A stretch of DNA of 64,000 nt from Balanoglossus misakiensis (GCA_040954595.2 CM082598.2:7765097-7829096), one strand, 5' to 3'; shown: positions 26,416 through 39,680, counted from the stretch's first letter. The notes: generated by a model not told the origin, from the letters alone. A program made the numbers and translations.

Positions 26416-27560
26416 AGAGGAACGACACCCACAATTTTGGGCTTCAAAGTCCAAACCGGGTGTCAAAAACGGCACCGTTCCGATGGGTTAATTCACTTTC
26501 ACTTCCTGCGCAAGCAGAAGACGCGAGTTGAAAATACTACTGTGACGTCAGCAACTTGCGTTGCAGTCGACGCTCAGGGCTCTTACACGTTCGACGTGTC
26601 ATTTCCAATAAACAGACACATTTTGCGCGGATCTGACATGGCGAAATGTCAAGTTCATGACTTTAAAAACATATTCGGAAAATCGACGGGGATAAGTTTC
26701 TTTCAAAGGCAATGCTCTACGTGTATTGTATTTGTCGATGCGTGCAGACATAGACCCTGCAATGTCCAAGATGCCATGCATGTCGACGTTTATGAACAAA
26801 CCGTAAGGCCTATACAAAGTTGTTCTAACTGCCGCTGATAATAATAAACGTACCGTTTTAAATCCTTCCTGCACGTTTTTTGGTACACGTATTTGGGTTT
26901 AATTTCCATTTATTGACGATCGCATAGTTATCAAATGAAAGCAACTAAAAAGGGCAGTTTTAATACATTTCAAGAGACGAAACATGCATATAATAACTAT
27001 GGTATTGGCTTCCATTATACTACGGACGTACTACACCTGGAGAGCAGGACGATGCACCTTCGTTCTCTTCAACTCCATAAAAGGTGACAAAGTATTTTTG
27101 TAAGAAAAGTGGTTCGAAAAGGTGACAACGAGGGAGAGACAACAAGGGAGTTTCACCCATGGAGTGTCTATGGTTTCACTGAAACCACACCAAGTGTAAG
27201 CCTTGACAAACGGGACACATCGGAGATCAGAACTGCATGAACTTTTGTCCTCTGTAAAATTCAGTCGCTTGGTCGTAGAAGGGAATCTCTGGTTCAAAAT
27301 TGTAGCCTACTACCCGAGAATATGTTGCCATGCTAACGTCGTCGGTCGCGTGAGTGCAGGCGTGTATAAGCATAGGCTCGCTCCAACGCGTCGGCAGCGG
27401 ACAACAGTTGCTGACGTCACTCACTTCCGGGTTCGCGCAGTTTTTGGCTGGCTGTAGCTCTGTTATGCGTAAGTGAAAGTGAATGAAACCAACGTTTTTC
27501 ATAGTACTTTTTAATCGCATTTCGCCGAATTGGCTCAAAAACGGATCACAACGTTCCACT
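26416..27560 (-). mobile_element. Kolobok non-autonomous element with a decayed KolX (P2X7 C-terminal-like) gene
   Basis: TTAA|agaggaacg ... cgttccact|TTAA. Minus-strand remnants VVGYNFEPE, TWCGFSETIDTPWVKLPCC and RTTLYRPYGLF..HGIL..RRALP. Confidence 0.7.
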
Positions 27561-27671
27561 TTAATGTAGACAATACACGTTTTTAAAGTAACGTGCACAT
27601 TCTAGTTCAGATTTAGAACTGTACTGCCAACACAAGATCTTAATCATGTTTGTAAATGTCATGTGTTTCAG

Positions 27672-27866
27672 CCCAAGAGCTTATATCCCTGATCGAAAAT
27701 GAGTTGAAACTGTCCAACTATGAAACAACGTGGCTGGAAGCAAAAAGAGCATGTGAGCAGGACAGTAGGCATCTGTTGAGGTTTTACGACCAAGAGACCA
27801 TGAATATAGTTGTCAGCTTTATAGCGTTATTGGTTTGGCCAGGTGATGTCCTACCACATTCCGCCG
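27672..27866 (+). CDS. C-type lectin-like domain 1, exon a
   Basis: AG/GT bounded, phase 1-1. QELISLIENELKLSNYETTWLEAKRACEQDSRHLLRFYDQETMNIV matches the CTLD motif W..A...C....HL. Confidence 0.75.
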
Positions 27867-28036
27867 GTAAAGAGTAATAGAGTACCCAACTTTGTCATTA
27901 CTGCTTGTTCATACGAACGATGTCTTCTCACTCAGAAGTATAATTGTTGTAATAATCAACATGACTTTTAAAGTAAACAAATCTACATGTATTACTCAAC
28001 GTTCAACATGCTTTTCCTCTTTGCAATGATTTACAG

Positions 28037-28181
28037 TCTTCGTTTGGATCGACGCCAATGATAGAGAGACTAATGGTCACTTTGTTCACTCAGACGGTTC
28101 GAGTATAGATAGAAGTATCGCAGTAATGAATTTGGTGTTTGGAACAGACACCAACTACGGTGCACATTGTGGTGTAATATG
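28037..28181 (+). CDS. C-type lectin-like domain 1, exon b
   Basis: ttacag| ... |gtaatg. In-frame FVWIDANDRETNGHFVHSDGS...GAHCGVIW (WIGL-like and W.DG-like motifs). Confidence 0.8.
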
Positions 28182-28532
28182 GTAATGTTGTTTTAATTTT
28201 AAAGGGGTCTGACCTGACCTGCGTGTTGTGCGATTTATATTTGCAACGAGATCTCTATTGGCGAGGCCTTTGATGTAGAACGGCTAATATGACAGAACCC
28301 CACGACCAGATGGATCAAGCGCGGTATTTGAACGAGTGCTGGTGGTGTATTCTGTTGCAGCACGATCTCGTCATCGGGTTCTGTTATTATTACATATGAT
28401 ACTCCCATTTTAGACGAAATCATCGAAAACACCATAAGAACACTATCCGAAAATTAGAGAAACGAGATCAGGCAACGATATTGGTTGTTTCGTGGACAGG
28501 CCACACTACGATTATATCACAATTTTTTATAG

Positions 28533-28653
28533 GCTAGTTACACCACACTCCCATCTTTCATTGGACAATGTTGTTTACTAGTCATACGACTATTGGCACC
28601 CAGAAATGTATACATCGTCATGCCAGAGGAACATACATTATATAACGACATAA
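28533..28653 (+). pseudogene. Putative CTLD1 exon c with an in-frame stop
   Basis: Phase-compatible acceptor ttttatag|. Reads LVTPHSHLSLDNVVY*SYDYWHPEMYTSSCQRNIHYI with TAG at 28579-28581; the terminal Cys is missing. Confidence 0.45.
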
Positions 28654-28839
28654 CAAGATAATTGAAAAGATTCCTACAACACAACCTGAAAAACCTGTCC
28701 TAAATATCAGCAAGTAACCTAGCACAACGACTGCGACTTTCACAGATGTCGGCATCAGTGTGTCGCAAACAGGAAACTGCAAGTGTCAGATGAAGAAACG
28801 GGGTGTAAACGTAAACGGCAGCACATATGTAATATTATA

Positions 28840-29800
28840 TTATAGCTTTATCAATACCAGTGAATTTTGTGACGTCATAGCTATACATTATTACTTATAA
28901 TGTATCGTGTTTTTCGATGGACGCGCGACGCGCCCAGGACGTGTACAATTTCCGACTGAATAACGGAGGATTTCGAACAATGCGAACATTTTAAGGGGTA
29001 AAAAAAGAAATGCAAACATAAACAGAATAAATACGGCGATATTTATTAATTTCCAAACCTGACCTCGACTGGCGATTTGTTTATTTTTTTCTTCCTACTG
29101 CGTCGGTACATGTCGTCTGCTCTTGAATCACGCGCAGTCAACATGGCTCGCTCACGCACGTAAAGCAAACCTCTCGATGATGCTGGATTTGACATTCGTT
29201 CACCATACATACCGTGTACCATGTACCAAGCAGTCATGTCAACGAAGCTATACGTAAAAAAATTATGCCGCAAGTGTCACTGTCATGTTGTCTACGTGGT
29301 ACGGAAGGTCGATCGAGGGCGAGTTTGTGTATGTATTGCAACCTTCGGAGCGCCCGTATACGTGAACTTTCCTGAGAACGCAAACGAATTCAAATATTCC
29401 TCGAGTCCTCACCAAGATTACACAAAAATCGAAACTTTTTCAGATATATTTCAGCAGAACCCTTAAATGAATTTTCACATGCGTTAATAAACCTTCATTA
29501 TTTATTTCCTGATGTTTGAATATGATACTGGAAATGTACAGTACACTGATACACGGCGATCAGGTGACCTTTTGTTTACGCGTACGCCATCTGTTCTCGA
29601 TCTCCGTGTCCGAGTCTGAATTGTTCGCACTTATAGTTTTTGAAGTCTGCAAATTCACTGGCATTGACAAAACTATAAAATAATGAGAATAATGAACGCC
29701 CCAAAGACCCATAATGGACGAAAGCACACATTGTGCGTCATAATGTATGAGGCGAAGCCGAATACTTTATGGAGCACAATGTGTGCTTGACCAGTATATT
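28840..29800. mobile_element. Helentron/Helitron2-like non-autonomous element with asymmetric inverted repeats and a terminal hairpin
   Basis: tatagctttatcaataccagtgaattt (~28841) is inverted relative to aaattcactggcattgacaaaactata (~29651). It is followed by the hairpin aagcacacattgtgc...gcacaatgtgtgctt. Confidence 0.5.
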
Positions 29801-29910
29801 GATGGTGTAAATCACGCCATTTTATTGGTCGAGACACGACACATGACTGTGATATATTCGTCGCATACCACAGTCATATATCACGCAAAACTCATAGTCA
29901 AAGAAAAATG

Positions 29911-30345
29911 CTTTTTAGCTCACGTGAAAATCACGTGAGCGATGTTTAGCGATGTCTGTGTGTGTGTGTGTATGTGTGTGTGTGTGTCTGTCTGTATACC
30001 CGATATCTCAAGAACCGCTGAACCGATTTCAACCAAATTTAGTACACAGGTTCAGATATCATATGGCAAGAACTGAAAAGGTTTTGGTGGGTGTGGCTTT
30101 GATATTAATGAAGTTATTAAAGTTTTAATTTTTCTATTACATGGTTGTCTATGAGAGCTTTCGTTAATGCTGCATATATGACCAGTGGAAACGATAGTTT
30201 GAGGAGATCGACTGTTTGAGGGCGCTGTGAAATGAGACATTCCTGGCGATATTGCCGTGGTTCTGTCCATGCTCAGACGCTGTACCCGTCGTTACGAATA
30301 ACTTCCCTACGTGAATCCACAAGGAAGCTAACGTTGTTTAGTTGC
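29911..30345 (+). mobile_element. Helentron-associated (HINE-like) element
   Basis: tttttagctcacgtgaaaatcacgtgagc hairpin, (GT)n/gtct microsatellite, then the core 'gatatctcaagaaccgctgaaccgatttcaaccaaattt'. Confidence 0.6.
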
Positions 30346-31054
30346 TTCATAGAGCGTAAATTGTTAATCTACAGGACCGTCAGACGAATACTCTTTTCAA
30401 ATGAGTAAGTTAGTGGAGACAATATGGCGGATAGTTGGCGTGCAGCCGAATCCGCGTTATGACTATGACGTGACCCATTCATCAAGACAAACCGTAAATG
30501 ATTCACGCATATTGTGGTCCTCACGCAGTCAATCTCAAAATGTCACCAGGCTTTCTATTTGTCTATTGTTCAGAGAAAAATAACATGGCGGTTGATCACA
30601 CTCAACAGTAAAATCCGTTTTGTGTGTTTATAGACAGTCTGTTATCGCCAATACTATATAGCGATTGCTAGATGGCCAACCCAATATGTGATCGAGCGAG
30701 AATGATAACATTGAATGTCTGTTCAGATCTCATTCCTTACGTCATACGTCAACATTTCGATTTCGATTTAATCCATTCATAAAGAATTTAGAGAAAGTCG
30801 TCTTGAATTGTGACCCCGACTATCAATTTTACGATGATTTTTTGCGACGGAATACACGAGACGCCATTGCATAACTACGTCAGCTGGACTTCCAAGGTTA
30901 CCATTTTGTGTGTATGGAATCTTATCACAGAGACTACGTACTTTGAAAATATGCCATGCTATATCAATGACGCCCCAGAAAATTTGTCGAAAAATGAATT
31001 TGTCTTCTCATGGTGGTGCAATATATTTTAATGTCTATTTTGAGGTTGATTTTT

Positions 31055-33325
31055 GTTTTTGGCTAACATGTATATCAATGTCAGCTTAGGGACCGTTCAG
31101 TTTTTACGGCAGGGGAGGGGGCGGCAAGTTTGTGTCATCGGTTCTCAAAATCAGGCCGACCCCCCCCCCCCCTTCACCCAGGACCAAAAAATGATGACCC
31201 CCCCTTTGACAGACCCAAAAATATGATGACCCCCCCCCCTCGGCCAAAACATTTGCCGTCCTGATCCTATGTACACTGTTTGCAATAAAGGGAATGAGGC
31301 TCCTCACACCTGAATTATATATTTCTTAAAGTATTATTGAAGTATATAATAGTATATCGTTGCAATAAAGAAATCTATGAACAAATTAAAATGACAAGTC
31401 AATACAATAGTTGCTAGAATTGGTAAAACAAGAAAAGTGGCGGGGGCGGGCGTGGGATGGGGTGTCCCCCTCCCACATAAGAAAATTTTGTAAAATACGG
31501 TGCTCAAAGTTGCAATTTAATGAACTTAAAAGCAAATTAACTCAATGTTAGGGAGGACAAATTTTAATTTTGCCACTCCACTCAAAGTAAGCATCGGGGT
31601 GGGGTGGCAAGAAGTCTTCCCTGGTACACTAGACAAACCAGTGAATAAATGCAATGTGGCGAAGAATGGTTGGGGTGGATGTGGGAGGGGGTGTCCCCCT
31701 CCCACATTAGAAAATTTTGTAAAATATGTAGCACAAAGTTGCATTTTAATGAACTCAAAAGCAAATTATCTCAACGTTTGGGAGGACCAATTTTACTTTT
31801 TGCCACTCCACTCAAAGTTAGAAGATTTGGCGTAATCTTGTCATGACATCATTTATAAAACTTCTAGTATATAGAAGATGCAGCGCGAATCAGTTATGCA
31901 AAATCGTTTAAACAATTATCTTCCTTTATGTATTCACTTTGTTAAATATTATCATCGTTGGGGTTGGGGTGGCAATTTGTAAAATAAAGGGTGCAAAACT
32001 GCAATTTTGTGGACTCAAAAGCAAAAGTTCGGTGGCAAAAGTATGTGACCCCCCCCCCCTAAACGTTTAAAAAAACCAGATGACCCCCCCCCCCCTTGTG
32101 GACTTCAAAATTTAAGTGACCCCCCACCCTGGATTTTGCCGCCCCCCGGGCGTAAAAACTGAACGGTCCCTTATAGCATAAGTTGGTGTCCGTCGTCTAT
32201 GTATGTCTGTATGTGTGCCTCATACAGAATTATGTATTTTGTGAATGGATCAGTTTCGTCTAAATGTATTGATGTATGTATGTGTATGTCCATCAACATC
32301 AAAAACTTGAAACTACTGATATTTAGTGTGTACATAGAAATTGTTATTGCGAAAAAATGCATACTGGTATTAACTGGAAAAATGTTCAAATAGTCAAAAT
32401 TGAAAAACTTAATAACAGCGGATCAGATTCAGTTAAAAATTGGCGTGCATTGGTGTGCAAGTACTTTGGGAAGACCTCGTATGATTTTGTTCAGGTGGAG
32501 TCAGTATCTGGCGTTTGCTATTTTTTATGATTTTTTTGGGAATTTTCTGCAGTTTTGTTAAAAAAATTTCTTCTCTGAAATTACATGTCCAATTGATTGG
32601 AAACTTGGTATGGAGGATCATAGGGCTTACCTGAATCACATTTGTGCAAACGGTGGTGAAATTTGCAAAAATGCATTTTGGGGCAATATTTCCTGTTTTT
32701 GTCAAAAAATCAAATCCTGTGAAACTGTAAGTGCAATTGTTTTGATACTTTGTATTTGGGTTTCTAGGGGTGATCTCAGTCAGATATGATCAAATTGTAA
32801 TGAAATTTGCATAATTGTATTTTTTGGGAATTTCTGCAGGGTTTGGCCAAATAGTCTTCAGTAAAACCACAAGTCCAATTGATTGGAAACTTTGAATGGG
32901 AATTCATATATGTCATATCAGTCAGATTTTTCTGAATTTCCTGTTGTTTGCCAAAATGTCTTCCTTATTGAAACTTGTTAAAGAGGTTCTTAGGCATGAA
33001 CAGAAATCAGATTTGTTAAAATCTGGTGAAATATTCATACTTTTTGGTATATTTCTTGCCATTTTTGATCAAAGAGTTTTAGAATTCCATAGACTTATCT
33101 TTTTATGCAGTTCAGGATTGGGTACATGACTCATAACCCCTTACAAAAATTGACAAGGCAACAATTCCACAAACATGTTTACATTTCACAATGGTGCAGC
33201 ACACAACCCTTACACCATATACACTATAAACCAAAATGGTTTAACACTGGTTTTTCTAATCTTGTTATTCTGTCAACCAATCACAGTACTGCACGTGAGC
33301 ATATTCAGTTAATATCTGGTTTTTA
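31055..33325 (+). mobile_element. HINE-like element interrupted near its 5' end by a Harbinger MITE
   Basis: tttttggctaac...tcagct|insert|tagcataagttggtgtccgtcgtctatgtatg. The microsatellite and internal repeats resemble 19852-21085. Confidence 0.55.
31089..32170. mobile_element. PIF/Harbinger-type non-autonomous element
   Basis: TTA|gggaccgttcagtttttacg ... cgtaaaaactgaacggtccc|TTA. Perfect 20-bp TIR and 3-bp TSD. Internal direct repeat at ~31450/31680. Confidence 0.9.
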
Positions 33326-33366
33326 AATGTTTTATGCAAAGTTTCAATATACTGGTATAATATAAT

Positions 33367-33509
33367 AGCAATAAAACACCCCCAACCATGGTATACCACT
33401 CGATTTTGACCAGTTCAACTCCATATACGTACTCGCTATCGCTCGTGCGTATATGTCGTGAACTGGTCAAAATCTCGTGGTATACCATGGCTGGGGGTGT
33501 TTTATTGCT
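33367..33509. repeat. ~143-bp near-perfect palindromic element
   Basis: agcaataaaacacccccaaccatggtataccac...gtggtataccatggctgggggtgttttattgct. Confidence 0.9.
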
Positions 33510-34269
33510 TAAATAATAATTGCCAATAATGAGACTAACTAAAGTGTTAATGTTATTTTAGTCTCAATCTTAAATCGCTGAAGGATGCCATGTACTTGAC
33601 GAATCAGCAGACGGCTTAAAGTTGTGTTCAAAAACATCAGTTCGTACACACCTCTTTGCATTCTCCTGTATGTGTGTATAATGAGATATTCCACCTGGTT
33701 TAATGATATAGGGAATCTACTTTGTGGAGTGACTGGGATTGTGACGATAGGAAACTTTTCATGTGCCAGTATAAGAACAGACTTGCCCACTCAAGTTTAT
33801 GTAAGTGATATTATTGGACTGATAAAAGATGAAAGGCTATATTTTATATTCGTGTATACATGAATTTTATTGTTTTCTGGCATGGGCAGATATGACAGGC
33901 GTGGCATTTTGCGGGTCATTTTTTTGTTCAAAATGTTGAAACTTACATTTTGATGGCAAATGTTTATTTTGTAGAGTGTTTTAGCGTGGTGTTACCTAAA
34001 ACATCTCTCCATATTTAACACATTAAATCGAATAGCCCTGGCGCTGACATTGCCAAAGTACATTCTTTAGGCTGTAGGTGACTGCCATACGTAGCAAACT
34101 AGTAGGTCAACAGAGATCTTTGTGAACATGCACGACAACGTAGATACACAATACTCCTTTTCCGATAATACAGCAATGTGCACACTTCGCATACTGTTTT
34201 CTACTTACTATACATATTTAAAACAAAGGTGAATGAATAGTATTATTCTCCTTCTTACATCTTTGTCAG

Positions 34270-34449
34270 TGTTTCTTTATAGAGTCAATGACGAATACAA
34301 GGTATCAAGATTCATCGCAAGCTCCCAATACGCCTATGAGTACTGCTTGAATGATGGAGGGGCTTTACTACGAGTACCTGACCAACAGACATTCGAATAT
34401 GTTGCAAACGAGGTTAGCACGGTTGACAACAGTCTTGGGATACCCTTAA
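34270..34449 (+). CDS. C-type lectin-like domain 2, exon a
   Basis: tgtcag| ... |gtaagt, phase 1-1. FLYRVNDEYKVSRFIASSQYAYEYCLNDGGALLRVPDQQTFEYV. Confidence 0.8.
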
Positions 34450-34743
34450 GTAAGTATCGACAACATCATATTGTCAGACATGGCAGTTTTTAGGGGTTAT
34501 TACACTAATTTTGGTCGATAACGCGTCGTATTCGAGTGATGTCCGTATTTTGACTCGTTGCGGATTTAATTTTGAAATTCAGGAAAACGGGATTTGAAAA
34601 CAGGTAAAAAGCAACATGCTTTACTAAAAAAAACGGTTATCCATTCCAATTTTTGTTGCATCCACTATAAACTAAACCTATCACCAGCAAGAAGTCATAG
34701 TTGTCCGGCCTGACAGCAATTCTATTTTTTTACGTTAATAAAG

Positions 34744-34894
34744 GTGTTCTGTATAGAGTATTGTGGATAGATGGTATGCATTTGCATACAGAGGATAAAT
34801 GGACGCACTATGATGGGACACCACTGACTTACTTACCATGGGCGGACCACCAGCCATACGGTAGCCCTTGGAGAACTTGTATTCGAGCGGATTT
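34744..34894 (+). CDS. C-type lectin-like domain 2, exon b
   Basis: In frame VLWIDGMHLHTEDKWTHYDGTPLTYLPWADHQPYGSPWRTCIRAD. Donor gtaatt, phase 2. Confidence 0.85.
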
Positions 34895-35544
34895 GTAATT
34901 ATTTATTTGTCTTCACCAAACCATGTTTCCCTAGCAGAATATTGGTGAATGTAACACCATCACAATTAGACACTCTAACGCAATGTATCCACAGTAAAAA
35001 GTTTCGTCTGGATAAGGTGTACTGCTATGTTAACTAGAAAATGTACAGTGACTGCGCGTCCGTGATCGGTTGTCTCCATCTATAAGTAGAGCACATCTGT
35101 GCATCAAGTTAAGTAAGGATGTGTAGCTTAGGCCGACGATCATCTTATGCGCATGTGCGTACTTTCGTATGCACAAACAATACGTCCAACCCAAATGTTC
35201 TGCAAAGTTTGCCTTTGGCACATTCAAATAGTTGGCTGCATCCGCATCCTTTCTTATTGCATGGGCGCCGAATATGAGACTCTAGATTTGTCCCTTCGTT
35301 TCATCCAATTTGTTGTCTGTTCCTGATCTCCAACACAGACTAGTCTCCGCCATCTTGTCTGTTGATAGAACAGCATACTGCCCGAGTCTCTAGTTTGGCT
35401 CATGCGCATAAGGCGTTCGTCGCCCTTTAATGAAGCCTGAGGAATGTGACACAATTCAGATTCAGCTGATAACATGTTATAATGATTTTTCCTGATAATC
35501 GTATTGAACAGTATTAGTAACGATTTTTATTGTAATTTTTTTAG

Positions 35545-35606
35545 AGCCACAAAATTGTACACTTTGGATGATTGTCTACTTTATCGAAGATTTGTCTGTC
35601 GATATG
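35545..35606 (+). CDS. C-type lectin-like domain 2, exon c (copy 1)
   Basis: ttttag| ATKLYTLDDCLLYRRFVCRY |gtaggt. Contains the terminal C.....FVC motif. Confidence 0.85.
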
Positions 35607-36249
35607 GTAGGTGTATATTTTATACTTTATCAAATCTTTCAACAGTACACCAGAGACTCCCATGCAAATTTGTTAAGCAATACTTTTTGTATGAAGTAAA
35701 GACGAATGGCGACCTTTTAGGATTTTGGTCGGGTTTCTAATGTGTGCAGTTTCATTGTATTGCAAAGTTGTGGCGTAATAATTGTACCATGTTTGTTAAT
35801 ATGTTGAACTCTAAATAGATGTAACTTGAGTCACGAACGGTTGCGACATGCAAGTACTGAAATGTCGCCATCTCAGAAAAGAACTTCATCGCCACTTTTT
35901 GTATTGGTTCTCTCTTGCGTGTCTAATAAAACCTTCGTCGCGAGAACGTTACAGTATCCACATTACCGGCAGACAAAATAAGTGTAAACGTCCTCTAAAA
36001 ATAAACGGGAAACCCGTTTTACTAAAAGGTGTATCCGATCTGCACCATCGATTTATTGCACTTTGAATGAATGATGTTACCAGAAATTGCAATATTCAGC
36101 GTGGCAGTTTCTTGTCAGATATGGACCTAACAGACTTCAATGAATCACTTATACAAGCCGAAGTGAACATGGCGCCCTTTTGTGACCCAACGCCTCGTTG
36201 AATACCACTTATCCTAAACCAGTTATTTCTTGTGGGTTTTACATTACAG

Positions 36250-36702
36250 GTGAACCAGTGTCGAATACACCTGGGTATACAGACCATGTTAGCTCTGATG
36301 TTACTGACACCAGTTCTTCAAAAATGTCAACAGATGTCACAGAAGATACTGGCGCTGATGCTAAATCTGAAACTAGAATGACTGAAACAGAATCCTCGTT
36401 AGAGTTAACCGTAATGCAGCGATACGAAACGACAGATAACGAAGTTCTGACAGACATCCCTGATGACAAGGGCACTGAGAGCGTGTCTGGTTTCATCTTG
36501 AAGGAAAACCCTACTGTAACGGCTACAACTGTAGTGCATGGGACTGAACCAGACGTTGAGGGAGCCCACACTGATTCTGTCTCCATATCAACAGATACAA
36601 TCGACGCCAGCATCTTCTCTCCTCATACTGCATGTAAAGGTCCACTGTGCCAACATTTCCCAAGCATTAGTGTTGTCGATGGCGATTCGAAAGTGCCCCG
36701 CT
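36250..36702 (+). CDS. Ser/Thr/acidic mucin-like stalk exon (copy 1)
   Basis: ttacag| 453 nt open, phase 1-1 |gtaagt. EPVSNTPGYTDHVSSDVTDTSSS... Confidence 0.8.
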
Positions 36703-36762
36703 GTAAGTATAGGCTCACTGTGCTTCACAATCACAATTGTAGAAACAAAACACAATCAAATA

Positions 36763-39680
36763 TTAAAGCTGCAAGCAGCATTGTCGGGCCCAAGCGCTGA
36801 TCTTGAATTATATATGCACAGTATAAATGAGAAAAAACAGAAATTTCTATCGTATGTATTATCTGATGACATAACAAGGATGTGTGTATTTTTGCTGCTG
36901 AAATGGGGTGAAGTAGGTCAAAGGTCACCTGAGGTCACCCAACATTTGGGCAATTTTTTTTGACCCATACTGGTCCATGTCCAACAAAAAACAAAACTCT
37001 AGCTCTATTGGTTCGCCTGTAATTAGGTATGTGCATATTTAATGAGGTCAGCAGGTGTCACAGGTGACTCAAAAATATGGCTTTACATTTTGGTCCCATC
37101 CTACCAAATGCCATGGCTGTATCTGCTCTGGATGCTGAGATATGCGAAAGTAGGTCAAAGGTCACCAGAGGTCATGCAACATTTGGGCAAAAAAATTTGA
37201 TCCCATACTGGTCTGTGTCCAACAAAAACCAAACCTCTAGCTCTATTGGTTCGCCTGTAATTAGCTATGCACATAATTAATGAGGTCAGCAGAGGTCAAA
37301 GGGGTCATGAAAAGTAGCAAAATATTTTGATCACACACTAATCCACATTCATCAAAAACCAAACGTCTAGCCCTATTGGTTAGCCTGGAATTAGATATGC
37401 AGAAATAATAACGCGTGATAAGTAGGTCAAAGGTCATGTGAAAAATCGCCAAAAAATTGTAACATATTTTAGTCACATGACGATTGATATCCATAAAAAG
37501 AATTTGTATGCTATCAATTTTTAGACTAGAAAAAGGAATTTCAATTTTTCACTGCTTTTTACAAAATCCAATATGGCCGCCATAATCTTCGACCAATCAC
37601 AATGCTCTTTGCAAACTTGATAGACATCAGTGTAGTGACCATACTCCCCGAATCTTGCGACTCAGTCATCGCCCGTTCTGGAGAAGAAGATTTTTGGAGT
37701 TTAACTATGGTTTTTCTAAAATCCAATATGGCCGCCATAATCTTCGACCAATCACAATGATCTTCGCAAACTTGATAGACATCAGTTAGGTGACCACATA
37801 CCCCAAACCCCGTGTCTCGGTTATCACCGGTTCTGGAGAAGAAGATTTTTGAAATTTAAGCCAGATTTCAGAAAAAAAATTGTAGCAAAAAAACTGCAAC
37901 ATTGACAGCAAAATTTCCAATTACAAAAATGATGGGTAGAAGGTAGTCTACCTGCATGCCAAATTTGAAGTCGATCTGACTTGTAGTTTCTGAGATCTGA
38001 GATTTGAATTTTTTCAGAAAATCCAATATGGCCGCCAGGTCACGTGACTAATTAATTATTCACAAGTCACTGCACATCTACTCATTGACCTTGACCACTG
38101 TATCAAGTTTGAGAAGTGTACCTGCAGTAGTTTCAGATATCTCGTTGGCCGAAGAAATTGACACAAGAAAAAAGAAAGAAAGAATATAGCTGCAAGCAGC
38201 AATGGCGGGCCCAAGCCAACATAGCACATAGCAACATAGCAATAAGCATATCTGCTCTGGATGCCAAGATATGGAAAAGTAGGTCAAAGGTCACCTGAGG
38301 TCATGCAAAATTTGGGCGATAAATTTTGACCCTATACTGGTCCATGTTCATCAAAAACCAAACCTATAGCCCTATTGGTTAGCCTGGAATTAGGTATGCA
38401 CATAATTAATGAGGTAGGCAGGTGTCACAGGTGACCCCCCAATTTGGCTTTTCAATTTTAGTCCCAACCATCCAAACGCCAATTCTGTATCTGCTCTGGA
38501 TGCCAAGATATGGTAAAGTAGGTCAAAGGTCACCTGAGGTCATGCAAAATTTGGGCAATAAATTTTGACCCTATACTGGTCCACGTTCAACAAAAACCAA
38601 ACCTATAGCCCTATTGGTTAGCCTGGAATTAGGTATGCACATAATTAATGAGATATGCAGGTGTCACAGGTGACCCCTATTTTGGCTTTTCAACTTTAGT
38701 CCCAACCCTCCAAACGCCAAGTCTGTACCTGCTCTGGATGCCGAGATATAGGAAAGTAGGTCAAAGGTCACCTGAGGTCACCCCAAATTTGGGCAAGAAA
38801 TTTTGACCCTATACTGGTCCATGTCCCACAAGAACGAAACCTCTAGCCCTCTTAGTTAGCCCAGAATTAGGTATGCACATAATTAATGAGTTAAGCAGGT
38901 GTTACAGGTGAGCCTAAAATTTTGCCTTTTATTTTGGTGCCATTGTGCTCACTGACCAATAGACACTCACTGTACAGGACTATTGCACTGACCAGAATTC
39001 CACAATAAGACATGGACATAGAGGTATAAGTAAAGGTATAAATTTATTTAAAAAATTAATATAAAAAAATCCGTCGATTTTTCATATTATTTTTTTTCGC
39101 TTAAAATTATTGACAAATGCTAGTCTAGCTGCACACCAAAGTTGGAGATGATTGGCCTAACAGATTTTGAGATATGTATGCATATTTATCCAAAATAATA
39201 TGTGGTCATAGCTTTACTATGGAAAGTATAGGCCCATGGCTTGGTCAAAAAATATGAAAAATAATACTTAAAAATCTTCTTCTCAAAATTGGCATGGCCA
39301 ATGGCCTTGACATTTGGCAAGTAGGACACTGACCACATGGTCCGCAAAAGTTGCTAAAAGAATATTGATATCTCCATTCATATGCAAATAAGGCCGATTT
39401 GGAAATTTTGCCCATATATGGTCATCAGGTCACGTGACTAATTTAACATTCACAAGGGTACTGCACTAGCTCTCATTGGCCTGCACCATTGTGCCAAGTT
39501 TGAAATTGTTAGGTTTAGCAGTTTTCCAGATCTAGCTGGACAAAAAAACGACACAAGAAGAAGAAGAAGTAGAAGAAAAACCCCAGTAATACCAATAGGG
39601 CCCAAGCCTGCTGGGCTTGGGCCCTAAAAAACCCCAACGAAACCAATAGGGCCCAAGCGCTTGCGTGCGCTTGGGCCCTA
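36763..39680 (-). mobile_element. Two nested Helentron-type non-autonomous elements (inner copy ~38186-39628)
   Basis: Absent from duplicate copy 2 and without TSD. Each copy has agctgcaagcagc...gggcccaagc at one end and a GAA microsatellite plus a gggcccaag...cttgggccc hairpin at the other. Internal ~240-bp repeats. Confidence 0.8.
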
